This document shows, one piece after another, positions 1 through 7,657 of a stretch of 34,729 nucleotides of DNA. The position numbers and the translations under genes are program-made. The stretch covers positions 1 through 34,729 of the forward strand of contig JAUWZY010000001.1 of assembly GCA_030615045.1 (NCBI GenBank), given 5' to 3'. The stretch is from Chloroflexota bacterium. GTDB lineage: Bacteria > Chloroflexota > Dehalococcoidia > SZUA-161 > JAUWZY01. Numbering within the stretch: the stretch's first letter is position 1; each line of letters begins with the position of its first letter. Below the pieces are notes generated by a model that saw only the letters and a list, made by a program, of their open reading frames with translations, made no database searches and had not been told where the DNA came from.

Positions 1-1028
1 GGCGAGATGGCGGTCATCTCAACGAAGGGATCAACTATTTTGAGAGGTAATAGTCCCTTAAGGATGTTCCTATAGCTCCGCTTAGCGTAGCGGTCGAAGT
101 CCCGTTGAAGCCGATGGCGCAGTTGCTTTTCGTCAAGGGCGGGTTTTAGGTCGATGGATACGCTGACCGGGCCATTCTCCAGTGCATCTACTATGGCCAA
201 GCTCATCAGCAATGTTATCGGCCCACCGATGCCAAAGTGGGTTATCATCATCTCCCCCATACGGCTTTCGATGATAGGCCAGGGTGGTTGTTTACCGCTT
301 ATACCGCGTCCCCAGTCGCTGGTCGGGGTCAGGGAAGGGTTGATCTCACCAGCGGGGCACTGATAGGCGGTCAGGCGCACATTGCGTAGACTGATGCCCT
401 GCATACTTTTAGCCCGCTGGACTTCATGGACGATCAGGGGAACCAAAGCCGGGCGCAATTTGGTGATGGTGTGGCCGAGGGCAGCGGCTAGCCGATAACC
501 ATCGCCAGTGGAGCCAGTTTCGGGGTACGAGGCGCCGCCGGTTGCTAGAACTACTGCTGTTGCCGAGAGCGTCCCCTTCTCCGTTTGTACACTATCCACT
601 CGACCCTTATCAACCTGTATCCCGGTTACTCTGGTGTCGGTGCGGAGCTGGACACCGTGGTCAGCCATGTAGCGCTCAAAGGCTTTAACTACATCGCGGG
701 CATCATCAGAGGCAGGGAAGACCCGCCCACCACGCTCAGTCTTGGTTTCCACGCCACAGCACCTCAAAAAGGCGAGCAAATCATCGCGAAAGAAGCGGTG
801 GAAAGCGCTATAGAGAAAACGGCCATCGGGGCAGTACATAGCGATAAAGCCATCAAGTTCTTTGGCGTTGGTCAGGTTGCAGCGTGTCTTGCCACTGACG
901 AGTATTTTGTTACCGGGGTGCTTGGTCTTTTCCAGCAGGAGGACGCTGGCAGCCAGCTCGGCAGCTCGGCCGGCGGCCATCATGCCGCTCGCCCCGGCAC
1001 CGACGACAATGACACGCTTAGTGGTCAC
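1..1028 (-). CDS. NAD(P)/FAD-dependent oxidoreductase, HI0933/BaiN-like flavoprotein (3' end runs off the window)
   Basis: Absent from the ORF track because no stop lies inside the window. The reverse complement from GTG at 1028 reads VTTKRVIVVGAGASGMMAAGRAAELAASVLLLEKTKHPGNKILVSGKTRCNLTN..., giving a GxGxxG fold followed by the SG-x-x-RCN-x-TN block typical of HI0933-like proteins. The frame stays open to position 1. The + ORFs 154..363, 585..1043 and 862..1155 are antisense shadows. Confidence 0.8.
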   Translation of the reverse strand, partial: MTTKRVIVVGAGASGMMAAGRAAELAASVLLLEKTKHPGNKILVSGKTRCNLTNAKELDGFIAMYCPDGRFLYSAFHRFFRDDLLAFLRCCGVETKTERGGRVFPASDDARDVVKAFERYMADHGVQLRTDTRVTGIQVDKGRVDSVQTEKGTLSATAVVLATGGASYPETGSTGDGYRLAAALGHTITKLRPALVPLIVHEVQRAKSMQGISLRNVRLTAYQCPAGEINPSLTPTSDWGRGISGKQPPWPIIESRMGEMMITHFGIGGPITLLMSLAIVDALENGPVSVSIDLKPALDEKQLRHRLQRDFDRYAKRSYRNILKGLLPLKIVDPFVEMTAIS

Positions 1029-2121
1029 GGGATACCTTTTTAGATATAAGCTCCTCCGTTCTCTCAGGGGCGGGGGAAAAAGGGTGGCCTTTCCGTTCAA
1101 AATCGGGGAGATAGTCTCCTGCTGCCCCCATTTCCTGCACCCACCCGTTTTCTAGTCCTAAGTTAGTTAGTAGCTGGAGAACCGTTTCATACTCATCAAC
1201 TGAGATCGTCCTGGAAAGCAGTGGTATTCGTAGCGCCCGGTGCATTGGTATGTATTGAGACATTATGCTAACCGTCATTGCGGGGGAAAGCTTCCGAGCA
1301 AGCCAGGTTAGTGATTCTTCACTGCCAGCCAAACCGTTGGGAAGAATAAGATGGCGCACGATCAATCCTTTTTGTGCCAAGCCAAATTCATCTACCACTA
1401 GGTCTCCAACCTGTCTATACATCTCCGTGATAGCCTGACGAGCCCGTGCTACATAATCCGAGGCGTCCGAGAATTTCTTAGCCCAGTTGTCAGAGGCATA
1501 TCTTAAATCAGGCAGGTAAATGCTTATCATACTGTCAAGCTCTTGTAGAGAAGCAACAGAATCATAGCCGCTAGTGTTGTAGACCAGTGGCACTCGAAGC
1601 CCCATAGGCACTGCTTCCAGAACTGCCCGAACAAGCTGGGGAACAAAGTGGGATGGCGAAACGAAATTGATATTGTGGCAGCCCAGTTCATTCTGAAGGT
1701 AGAGCATCCTTTCAGCCAAGGTGGGGCATTCCATCTCCTTTGATTTTTGCTTTTCCCAGTTCTGGCTTATCTGGTAGTTCTGGCAATAAGCGCATCTCAT
1801 ATTACAATTGCCAAAGAAAACTGCCCCTGACCCCCTGGTTTCTGAAATAGCCGGTTCCTCTCCTTGATGAATGCAGACGGCTGAGACTATGGGCAGACGC
1901 CCTGAATGGCAATAACCCAGTTCATTTTCTAACCGATTGCCCCGACATTCCCTGGGGCAAATATCACAGGAGGCCAACCGAGCTTCAAGTGCTTGCGCAC
2001 GACGCTCCAATTCCCCTGAGCGGTATAGGGCAATATAACCTGGTTCTATAGACCTCATAGTAGTCGTCAGTAGAAATGATCCAGCAATTGACACTTTAAG
2101 TAGCTGTCCCGTTTGTGTCAA
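1018..2121 (-). CDS. radical SAM protein, PflX-like (pyruvate formate-lyase activase homologue family)
   Basis: CNMRCAYCQNY is a CX3CX2C radical SAM cluster motif. The N-terminal YIALYRSGELERRAQALEARLASCDICPRECRGNRL...GYC block is typical of PflX/COG1313-type proteins. The track start at 2121 is TTG; the ATG at 2058 (MRSIEPGY) is an alternative start. Confidence 0.8.
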   Translation of the reverse strand: MTQTGQLLKVSIAGSFLLTTTMRSIEPGYIALYRSGELERRAQALEARLASCDICPRECRGNRLENELGYCHSGRLPIVSAVCIHQGEEPAISETRGSGAVFFGNCNMRCAYCQNYQISQNWEKQKSKEMECPTLAERMLYLQNELGCHNINFVSPSHFVPQLVRAVLEAVPMGLRVPLVYNTSGYDSVASLQELDSMISIYLPDLRYASDNWAKKFSDASDYVARARQAITEMYRQVGDLVVDEFGLAQKGLIVRHLILPNGLAGSEESLTWLARKLSPAMTVSIMSQYIPMHRALRIPLLSRTISVDEYETVLQLLTNLGLENGWVQEMGAAGDYLPDFERKGHPFSPAPERTEELISKKVSRDH

Positions 2122-2719
2122 GTCTCAGCACTATATTGAACCTTAAGCCATGTTGTGCAATAGGTAAGCTGACTGTCTTGGCCGAAATGAAGAAGTCACT
2201 TTTTGAGGAGGCACCAGCAGACCGCAATAGCAAACAAATAAACAATAGAACCAGTGGTACAGCCTATTTATGGTCACTGGCGGTGTCATATAGTAGCTTG
2301 ATAATTACTGATAATAGTCTCACAGATATCTGATAATCTAATAGATAAATAGAGTAATAGAGTAGCTTACGACTCCAAGCGGGTTTGCATGTTCGTGTTC
2401 CCCCAAATTGCTTCCCCAAGAGCCAAATTCCTTCTCAAAAGTTCTGCTGTTTGGGCATGATGAACTACCTGTGTAGGTGGAAGAAGCTACAAATACCAGA
2501 TAGTCGATTCCGTGTAGTGCGCGTGAGCTGATTTAGGCAAACGCGAACACCGCCTTGAAAGTCAAATCTGGAGTTCTATCTATTGAATGACTCGGGGAGC
2601 CAGTTTCATCGTTGGCCGGGCTTTCCGGCCCATGCCCTGATCGACGCGCTGGTGGATAACGTTTTGCCTGCCATCGATAACATGATCGAAGAAGAGGCAA
2701 TTCGCCAGCCCTGCCAACC

Positions 2720-3619
2720 TCAACTCCTGCTGTTATCCCTCGGCTCTTTGGGATAGGCGAAGACCATCCGTGCTGCTGCCCTCTGCAGCACCCTGGTGAC
2801 CACGACATCGATCTCAGCGTTGAGGTACCTTCGCCCCGCGTCGACTACGACTACGGTGCCATCGTCGAGGAAGCCAACCCCCTGTCCTGCCTCCTTACCC
2901 TCTTGAATGATGCGCAGCCTCATCTCATCGCCGGCGAGGACCACAGGTCTTATTGCGTTAGCCAGCTCATTAACGTTGAGCACGCGGATTCCCTGAAGTC
3001 CAGCCGCCCGGCTCAGGTTGAGGTCGTTGGTGACAATGGGGCAGCGGAGGCTTTTAGCCAACTGCACCAGCTTAGCATCAACCTCGGGGATGTTCTCGAA
3101 ATCGGTGTCCAGGACTTGAACTGGCACATCCGAGTCCGTTAGCATCCTGACCAGGATGCTAACGCCCCGGTGCCCCCGGTTACGCCGCATCGGGTCCGGC
3201 GAATCGGCGATATGCTGCAGCTCATTGAGCACAAACCTGGGAATGAGCAAGGTCTCGCGGATAAAGCCCGTCTGGCTGATATCGGCGATGCGGCCATCAA
3301 TAATGACATTAGTATCCAAGATGATGCGCCCATCATCACGGTGCGTGTCGCTTGGCGGAGCCGAGGTGGACAGCTGAAGGACATCGCGATTCCTCCCAAT
3401 CCAGCGCCAGAAAGAGGCGATGGCAGCCGGAGTAAACGCAAAGCCCACGGTGGCGCTGAGAAGCGCCACAGACATGCTCCACAGAAGCTCTCCACCTGGG
3501 GCCCAGTTGGCGATGAATAAGCCCAGCGCCCATCCGATAAAGCCCAGGACCACGGTGCCAATAAGCCGAATCACAATGCTAGCAGACATAAGCCCTGATA
3601 AGCCTCTCAGTCTTGACAA
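2720..3619 (-). CDS. membrane-anchored PIN/TRAM domain protein (YacL-like predicted RNase)
   Basis: The N-terminus is hydrophobic (IVIRLIGTVVLGFIGWALGLFIANW..., ...LLSATVGFAFTPAAIASFW). A PIN domain follows (IILDTNVIIDGRIADI...PRFVLNELQHIADS...IVTNDLNL), then a C-terminal TRAM-like beta domain (MRLRIIQEGKEAGQGVGFLDDGTVVVVD...VVVTRVLQ). The TTG start at 3619 lies 5 nt after GGAGGT; the ATG at 3589 is an alternative. Confidence 0.85.
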   Translation of the reverse strand: MSRLRGLSGLMSASIVIRLIGTVVLGFIGWALGLFIANWAPGGELLWSMSVALLSATVGFAFTPAAIASFWRWIGRNRDVLQLSTSAPPSDTHRDDGRIILDTNVIIDGRIADISQTGFIRETLLIPRFVLNELQHIADSPDPMRRNRGHRGVSILVRMLTDSDVPVQVLDTDFENIPEVDAKLVQLAKSLRCPIVTNDLNLSRAAGLQGIRVLNVNELANAIRPVVLAGDEMRLRIIQEGKEAGQGVGFLDDGTVVVVDAGRRYLNAEIDVVVTRVLQRAAARMVFAYPKEPRDNSRS

Positions 3620-3646
3620 CCGCCACCTCCCCCGGCTTTTCTCAGC

Positions 3647-3689
3647 TCAAACAAAATACCCCTCGGCCAGGTTAGTCCGAAGGGTATCT
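3647..3689 (-). terminator. intrinsic terminator, putative expression platform of riboswitch 1
   Basis: The minus-sense RNA is GAUACCCUUCGG-ACUAACCUGG-CCGAGGGGUAU followed by UUUGUUUG (with the stem's terminal U, a UUUUGUUUG tract). It lies between the aptamer and the PIN/TRAM start codon. Confidence 0.6.
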
Positions 3690-3699
3690 TCGTGATCTT

Positions 3700-3800
3700 T
3701 CGTGGTGGCAACCTAGCCGTCATAGCCTTGTAGAGGCCTTAGACCCTTGGCTTTGCGTCCCCTGATTTCTCAGGGTTTGCCCTTTTCACCGTCTACTATT
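3700..3800 (-). promoter_or_regulatory. c-di-GMP-I (GEMM-I) riboswitch aptamer, copy 1
   Basis: The minus-sense RNA is GGUGAAAAGGGCAAACCCUGAGAAAUCAGGGGACGCAAAGCCAAGGGUCUAAGGCCUCUACAAGGCUAUGACGGCUAGGUUGCC. It carries the hallmark blocks GGGCAAACC, a hairpin capped by a GAAA tetraloop (CUGA-GAAA-UCAG), GGGACGCAAAGCC and a CUAA-containing second hairpin. The order and spacing match my recollection of the Vibrio cholerae Vc2 aptamer. Confidence 0.85.
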
Positions 3801-3815
3801 CAGTTTTTCAGCGCT

Positions 3816-3845
3816 ATTATAACCCCGCTCTCCCCAAAAAGTCAA
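3816..3845 (-). promoter_or_regulatory. sigma70-type promoter driving riboswitch 1 and the PIN/TRAM gene
   Basis: The minus sense reads TTGACT (3845-3840), an 18-nt spacer, then TATAAT (3821-3816), about 20 nt upstream of the aptamer. Confidence 0.6.
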
Positions 3846-4021
3846 GCCCGCACTTTTTTTGAGATTGTTTAGCAACTCGTCCAACCGCAGTTTATCAATA
3901 GCGATGTTCCTCCTCTTCTTGCCCAGACCCGGGCAAGACTGCTTGAAGTCACAAAAATCCAAGGGAACAGCTATAGCCAGATAGCCTTGAAGCCACTAAG
4001 AAGGGAGCAGACGCTGCCCAT

Positions 4022-5113
4022 CTAATCTCGCTGCAGGGGGGTATCGGCTTTGCCGGTTGCGCTTTTCCAGATCTGGTTGCCGCCAGCTCGCTTAGCCCGA
4101 AACATAGCCTCATCTGCTGCTTGCAGGAGTTGTTCTTGGGTTACCGCGTCCTCGGGGTACGAAGCGATTCCAATACTGACTGTAGCCTATACCTCGCCGT
4201 GTATCGGCGCCAATTTCGCTATCGACTGTGCAACCCGCTTGGCAGCCTGGTAAGCGCCCTCAGCGGATGCAGCGGGCAGAAGGACTACAAACTCATCTCC
4301 GCCATACCTAGCCACTATGTCTGACACTCGGATCCCCGAGCTGATACTTCGTCCCAATGCCTGCAATAGCTTATCCCCGGCTCGATGGCCAAATCGATCG
4401 TTCACTTCTTTCAGGTCATCAACATCGATCATGAGAATCGAGAGTGGGTCTCCACTTCTGTGGGCCCGTGCCAGCTCTCGAGCCATCTGTTCCCTGAGGA
4501 AGCGAATGTTGTGAAGCCGTGTCAGGTCATCGATGAGAGAAAGCTCCTTTGCCCGGTCATAGAGGCAGGCGTTTTCAATGGCCAGTCCAGCAAGGCTGGC
4601 AAAAGCCACAAGGAACTCAACATCCTCGGTGGTGAAACCTGCGAGCTCTCCTGTCCTATCAACGCCAATGACTCCGATTACTTCCTCCCGAACATGAATA
4701 GGGACATCGATGAAGCATTTTGTGCCCAGCGCGGCGAGGCCCTCTCTGGAATCACGGCAGCGGGGATCGTTCCAGGGGTCGTCCACGACGATCGGCCTTT
4801 TCTCAAACACAGCGCAGAGCGCCGGATTTTGGATACCGGGATCCAGCGAGATCACGTTCATCACAACCTCGGGTGGCACGTTCTCGCCAAACCAGGCCAT
4901 GCCTCGGAGCACGCCAGCTTCCCTGTCCACCAGCCCAAGCCAGCCCCGGTCCCAGGCCAGGCGCTCTTGCAAGGACTTCATAATGCAATCTATCCTCTCC
5001 TCAAGGGATGCCAGAGCGAGAAGCTTCCGCGCAGTCTGGAATAGTACCTGTAGTTCATGAGTGTGCTCCACCACTTCTACAAACAAGCTCTCTACCTCGC
5101 CTATGCCAATCAC
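4022..5113 (-). pseudogene. GAF-GGDEF diguanylate cyclase interrupted by an in-frame TAG at 4187-4189
   Basis: The track ORF 4187..5113 starts with GTG. It has an N-terminal GAF-like region, an RVSD I-site-like RxxD motif five residues before RYGGDEFVVLL, and MIDVDDLKEVNDRFGHRAGD. It stops at ...PIHGEV-TAG. The same frame continues ATVSIGIASYPEDAVTQEQLLQAADEAMFRAKRAGGNQIW... to a TAG at 4022-4024. That stretch is the conserved C-terminal third of a GGDEF domain. Confidence 0.8.
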
Positions 5114-5127
5114 CTTCAGCCCATCCC

Positions 5128-5214
5128 CTACAGGATCATCAGGATGAGGCCTTTGCCCCCGATGAGGAGTGCAGTAACCATAAGAGCTAATATCCTCTCC
5201 TTCTTGCTAACCAT
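5128..5214 (-). CDS. possible 28-aa hydrophobic micro-protein upstream of the GGDEF gene
   Basis: ATG at 5214 is preceded by AAGGGAG. The product is MVSKKERILALMVTALLIGGKGLILMIL, with a stop 14 nt before the GGDEF GTG start. It is too short for the ORF track and I cannot assess homology. Confidence 0.25.
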   Translation of the reverse strand: MVSKKERILALMVTALLIGGKGLILMIL

Positions 5215-5353
5215 GCCATACACTCCCTTTTTCTTTTTTCTATCTCCAGCTTAGGGAAGCCGGCTCACATCCATGTCAAAAAGAGACCCCAAATCCTCAA
5301 AAAGAAATCACAGGCGGGCACCACCCCTTACGCCCCGAAACCGGAAACGGGGG

Positions 5354-5392
5354 AAAATAAAAAGTGAGCCTTCCGGATAGGGAAGGCTCACT
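5354..5392 (-). terminator. intrinsic terminator after the HK-REC-OmpR operon
   Basis: A perfect 12-bp stem AGUGAGCCUUCC/GGAAGGCUCACU with a 6-nt loop is followed on the minus strand by UUUUUAUUUU, about 50 nt after the regulator stop at 5441. Confidence 0.75.
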
Positions 5393-5440
5393 TAATGTAT
5401 TGGTGCCTCTCGACGCAGGGTGGTTACTATGTGATCATAG

Positions 5441-6169
5441 CTACTTCGCGATACTGTATCCGATGCCGGGTCTGGTTATGATGTATTTAGGGTTTTTGGC
5501 GTCATCCCCCAGCTTCTTCCTTAGCCTTGCCATATTGACCTGGACGATATGGTTTGCGCCGCAGTACTCCTCACCCCAAACCCTGCTCAGGATGTCATCG
5601 GGGGTTACCACCCGCCCTGCGTTGCGCGCCAAGTAGGAGAGCATCTTGTATTCTATAGCGGTCAGGTTTATCTCTCGCCCGGCCACAGTTACCACGTGGC
5701 GGGCAAAGTCAACCGCCAAATCCGCCGACTGAAAGGCTGGTTGTGGTCTTTCCTCCCACAGCTTGGTGCGGCGCAGCACCGCCCCCACACGGGCTGCCAA
5801 CTCCTTGGCAGAGAAGGGCTTGGGCACATAATCGTCAGCACCAGCGTTCAGTCCCTCGACTACCTCCTCTTCGTCACCCCTGGCAGTGACCATAATTATA
5901 GGTATCTGCGAGAACTCGCGAATGCGCTGACACACGGTATATCCATCAATGACGGGCATCACGATGTCCAGCAGCACCAGGTCTGGGGTTTCCTCATCAA
6001 ATACGTCAAGAGCAGCCTCACCGTTGCTGGCCGTGAGCACACGGTAACCCTCCAGATCCAGAATACGCTGCATCATGCGCAGCATGCGTACATCGTCATC
6101 AACCACCAGTATGGACGCTTTCCTTGATGGCATCCTGGTATCTCCGCTGGTACAGAATACGGTCGACAA
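5441..6169 (-). CDS. OmpR-family response regulator (REC + winged-helix DNA binding)
   Basis: ILVVDDDVRMLRMM...DLVLLDIVMPVIDG...ADDYVPKPFSAKEL forms the receiver domain. INLTAIEYKMLSYLARNAGRVVTPDDILSRVWGEEY...VQVNMARLRKKL...IITRPGIGY forms the Trans_reg_C domain. The likely true start is the ATG at 6133 (MPSRKASILVV); the track start at 6169 is TTG. Confidence 0.9.
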   Translation of the reverse strand: MSTVFCTSGDTRMPSRKASILVVDDDVRMLRMMQRILDLEGYRVLTASNGEAALDVFDEETPDLVLLDIVMPVIDGYTVCQRIREFSQIPIIMVTARGDEEEVVEGLNAGADDYVPKPFSAKELAARVGAVLRRTKLWEERPQPAFQSADLAVDFARHVVTVAGREINLTAIEYKMLSYLARNAGRVVTPDDILSRVWGEEYCGANHIVQVNMARLRKKLGDDAKNPKYIITRPGIGYSIAK

Positions 6170-6527
6170 CTCCCTTCAGGCTAGCTGCATTCAGGGGCTT
6201 GACGAGGTAGTCGGCAGCACCCATGCTGAGTGCCTTGTTTCGCTGCGATACCCCAGCTGAGGCGGTGAACATAATCACCGGAATCGCTGAGAGTGCTGGT
6301 TCAGTTTTCATCTGTTGCAACACCGCCCAGCCGTCATCTCCGGGCAGGCGCAAATCCAGCAGCACGAGAGCCATCGGGCTTTCTCTTGCCAATCTCAGCC
6401 CTTTGTCACCATCCTCAGCTTGAAGAACGCAGTAGCCCTCTAGCTGGAGCACCCGGGAGGCGAAGTGGCGGACGTCAGCCTCATCCTCTATAATAAGGAT
6501 CGTCTTTGTTTCATGTCTCCTTGCCAT
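6099..6527 (-). CDS. stand-alone CheY-like receiver protein
   Basis: ILIIEDEADVRHF...ALVLLDLRLPGDDGW...PVIMFTA...GAADYLVKPL shows the receiver acidic pocket, phospho-acceptor Asp, Thr and Lys. There is no output domain. It overlaps the start of the next gene. Confidence 0.85.
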   Translation of the reverse strand: MARRHETKTILIIEDEADVRHFASRVLQLEGYCVLQAEDGDKGLRLARESPMALVLLDLRLPGDDGWAVLQQMKTEPALSAIPVIMFTASAGVSQRNKALSMGAADYLVKPLNAASLKGVVDRILYQRRYQDAIKESVHTGG

Positions 6528-6545
6528 AGTTCCAGCCCTATTTGT

Positions 6546-7355
6546 CTATAGCGGCAAGGTGAAGGAACACTTGCTTCCCTTCCCTTCCTCGCTTTCCATC
6601 CAGATGCGGCCACCATGTGCTTGCACCAGCCCCTTGGAGATGGACAGCCCCAGTCCTAAACCTTCCTCTTGGGGCAGCCTTTTCTCAATCCGATACATCC
6701 AATCAAACACTCTCTCCAGGTCCCCAGCAGGTATGCCTATTCCCTGGTCAGCGACGCTGATATGCAACTCCGAGCCCCCCCGGTGTGCCTGTACCACCAC
6801 GCTGCTTCCCTCTTTGGAATACTTGCAGGCGTTGTCGATCAGGTTATCCAGTACCTGCCTAATGCGCTTAGCATCAATGTTCACCCTCGGTAATCCCTTC
6901 CTCATGTTCAACACTATCTGGTGCCTGGGTGCCGTCAACTTAGCCTCAGCCACCGCCTCTCGGATCAGTTTTGAGATGCTGATGGGCTGTTTTTCCAGCT
7001 TCAGCAGCCCTGCATTAAGCTGGGACATATCTAGCAGATGGTCTACAAGCTCGGTGAGCCTATCAGTTGCTCTGTCTATGGATTGCAGGTGCTCCTGTTT
7101 CTCCTCACACCTCAGCCTCCGGTCGTAGTCCAGCAGCATGGTAGTATACCCCTTGATGGCTGCCAGTGGAGTGCGCAACTCGTGCGAAACTGTGGAAAGG
7201 AGATCGCTCTTAAGCCTGTCTAGCTCCTCGTATTCAACCACTTTCCTCTCAAGCTGCTGGCGCTCGGCTTCTACCTTTTCCAATTCAGCAATTCGTTGGC
7301 ATAGTTCTGCCAATTCATTTGTGATCCGCTTTTTTGTCTTAGCTTCGTCTTTCAC
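6546..7355 (-). CDS. cytoplasmic histidine kinase lacking a recognisable sensor domain (coiled coil + HisKA + HATPase_c)
   Basis: The H-box is STVSHELRTPLAAIKGY. The N, G1 and G2 blocks are VLDNLIDNACKY, VADQGIGIP and GLGLGLSISKGLVQAHGG. The first ~50 aa form a charged heptad-like helix (ELAELCQRIAELEKVEAERQQLERKVVEYEELDRLK). There are no TM segments. The start is GTG at 7355. Confidence 0.9.
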   Translation of the reverse strand: MKDEAKTKKRITNELAELCQRIAELEKVEAERQQLERKVVEYEELDRLKSDLLSTVSHELRTPLAAIKGYTTMLLDYDRRLRCEEKQEHLQSIDRATDRLTELVDHLLDMSQLNAGLLKLEKQPISISKLIREAVAEAKLTAPRHQIVLNMRKGLPRVNIDAKRIRQVLDNLIDNACKYSKEGSSVVVQAHRGGSELHISVADQGIGIPAGDLERVFDWMYRIEKRLPQEEGLGLGLSISKGLVQAHGGRIWMESEEGKGSKCSFTLPL

Positions 7356-7435
7356 CTTCTACCCCCCCCCGAAACAGGCACCAATTTCACCTGAGAGCCA
7401 GAGGGGCGAACCGCCGATTCGCGCTATGACATCAA

Positions 7436-7477
7436 GGAAATAAAAACGCGCTTCCCCGGGCCTCCCAGGAAAGCACG
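7436..7477 (-). terminator. intrinsic terminator, putative expression platform of riboswitch 2
   Basis: The minus-sense RNA is CGUGCUUUCC-UGGGAGGCCC-GGGAAGCGCG (10-bp stem with two G-U pairs) followed by UUUUUAUUU. It lies between the aptamer and the kinase start. Confidence 0.55.
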
Positions 7478-7487
7478 TCCCCTGTGC

Positions 7488-7586
7488 TTGCTTCGCCTTC
7501 GGCAGCCCGGCTGTCATAGATTGCTAACCCTTAGACCCGAGGCTTTGCGTCACCGCCTTTCAGCGGTTTTGCCCTTTCGGTGCGTA
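7488..7586 (-). promoter_or_regulatory. c-di-GMP-I (GEMM-I) riboswitch aptamer, copy 2
   Basis: The minus-sense RNA is CGCACCGAAAGGGCAAAACCGCUGAAAGGCGGUGACGCAAAGCCUCGGGUCUAAGGGUUAGCAAUCUAUGACAGCCGGGCUGCCGAAGGCG. It shows the same conserved blocks as copy 1: GGGCAAAACC, a GAAA-capped hairpin CCGCU-GAAA-GGCGG, GACGCAAAGCC and GGGUCUAAGG...CUAUGAC. Stem sequences co-vary between the two copies. Confidence 0.85.
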
Positions 7587-7627
7587 TTCAATTGTTGCTG
7601 GGTCAGATCACCCAACTCAGCGGGCGT

Positions 7628-7657
7628 ATTTTAACATATGTAGTTACTGTTTGTCAA
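7628..7657 (-). promoter_or_regulatory. sigma70-type promoter driving riboswitch 2 and the HK operon
   Basis: The minus sense reads TTGACA (7657-7652), an 18-nt spacer, then TAAAAT (7633-7628). Confidence 0.55.

Noticed and set aside
2559-2759. A + strand open frame reading ...ALIDALVDNVLPAIDNMIEEEAIRQP..., which looks protein-like and overlaps the 3' end of the PIN/TRAM gene.
   Set aside because: It spans fewer than 70 codons, offers only a TTG start without an SD, and has no recognisable family. It could be a gene remnant, but I cannot support that.
4187-4189. The TAG in the GGDEF gene read as a pyrrolysine codon or as evidence of genetic-code reassignment.
   Set aside because: Other genes in the window (fabD at 29867, recF at 33105, the extended GGDEF frame itself at 4022) end with TAG at sensible positions. 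No pyl genes are visible. This cannot be supported from the window, so it is listed only as an alternative to test.
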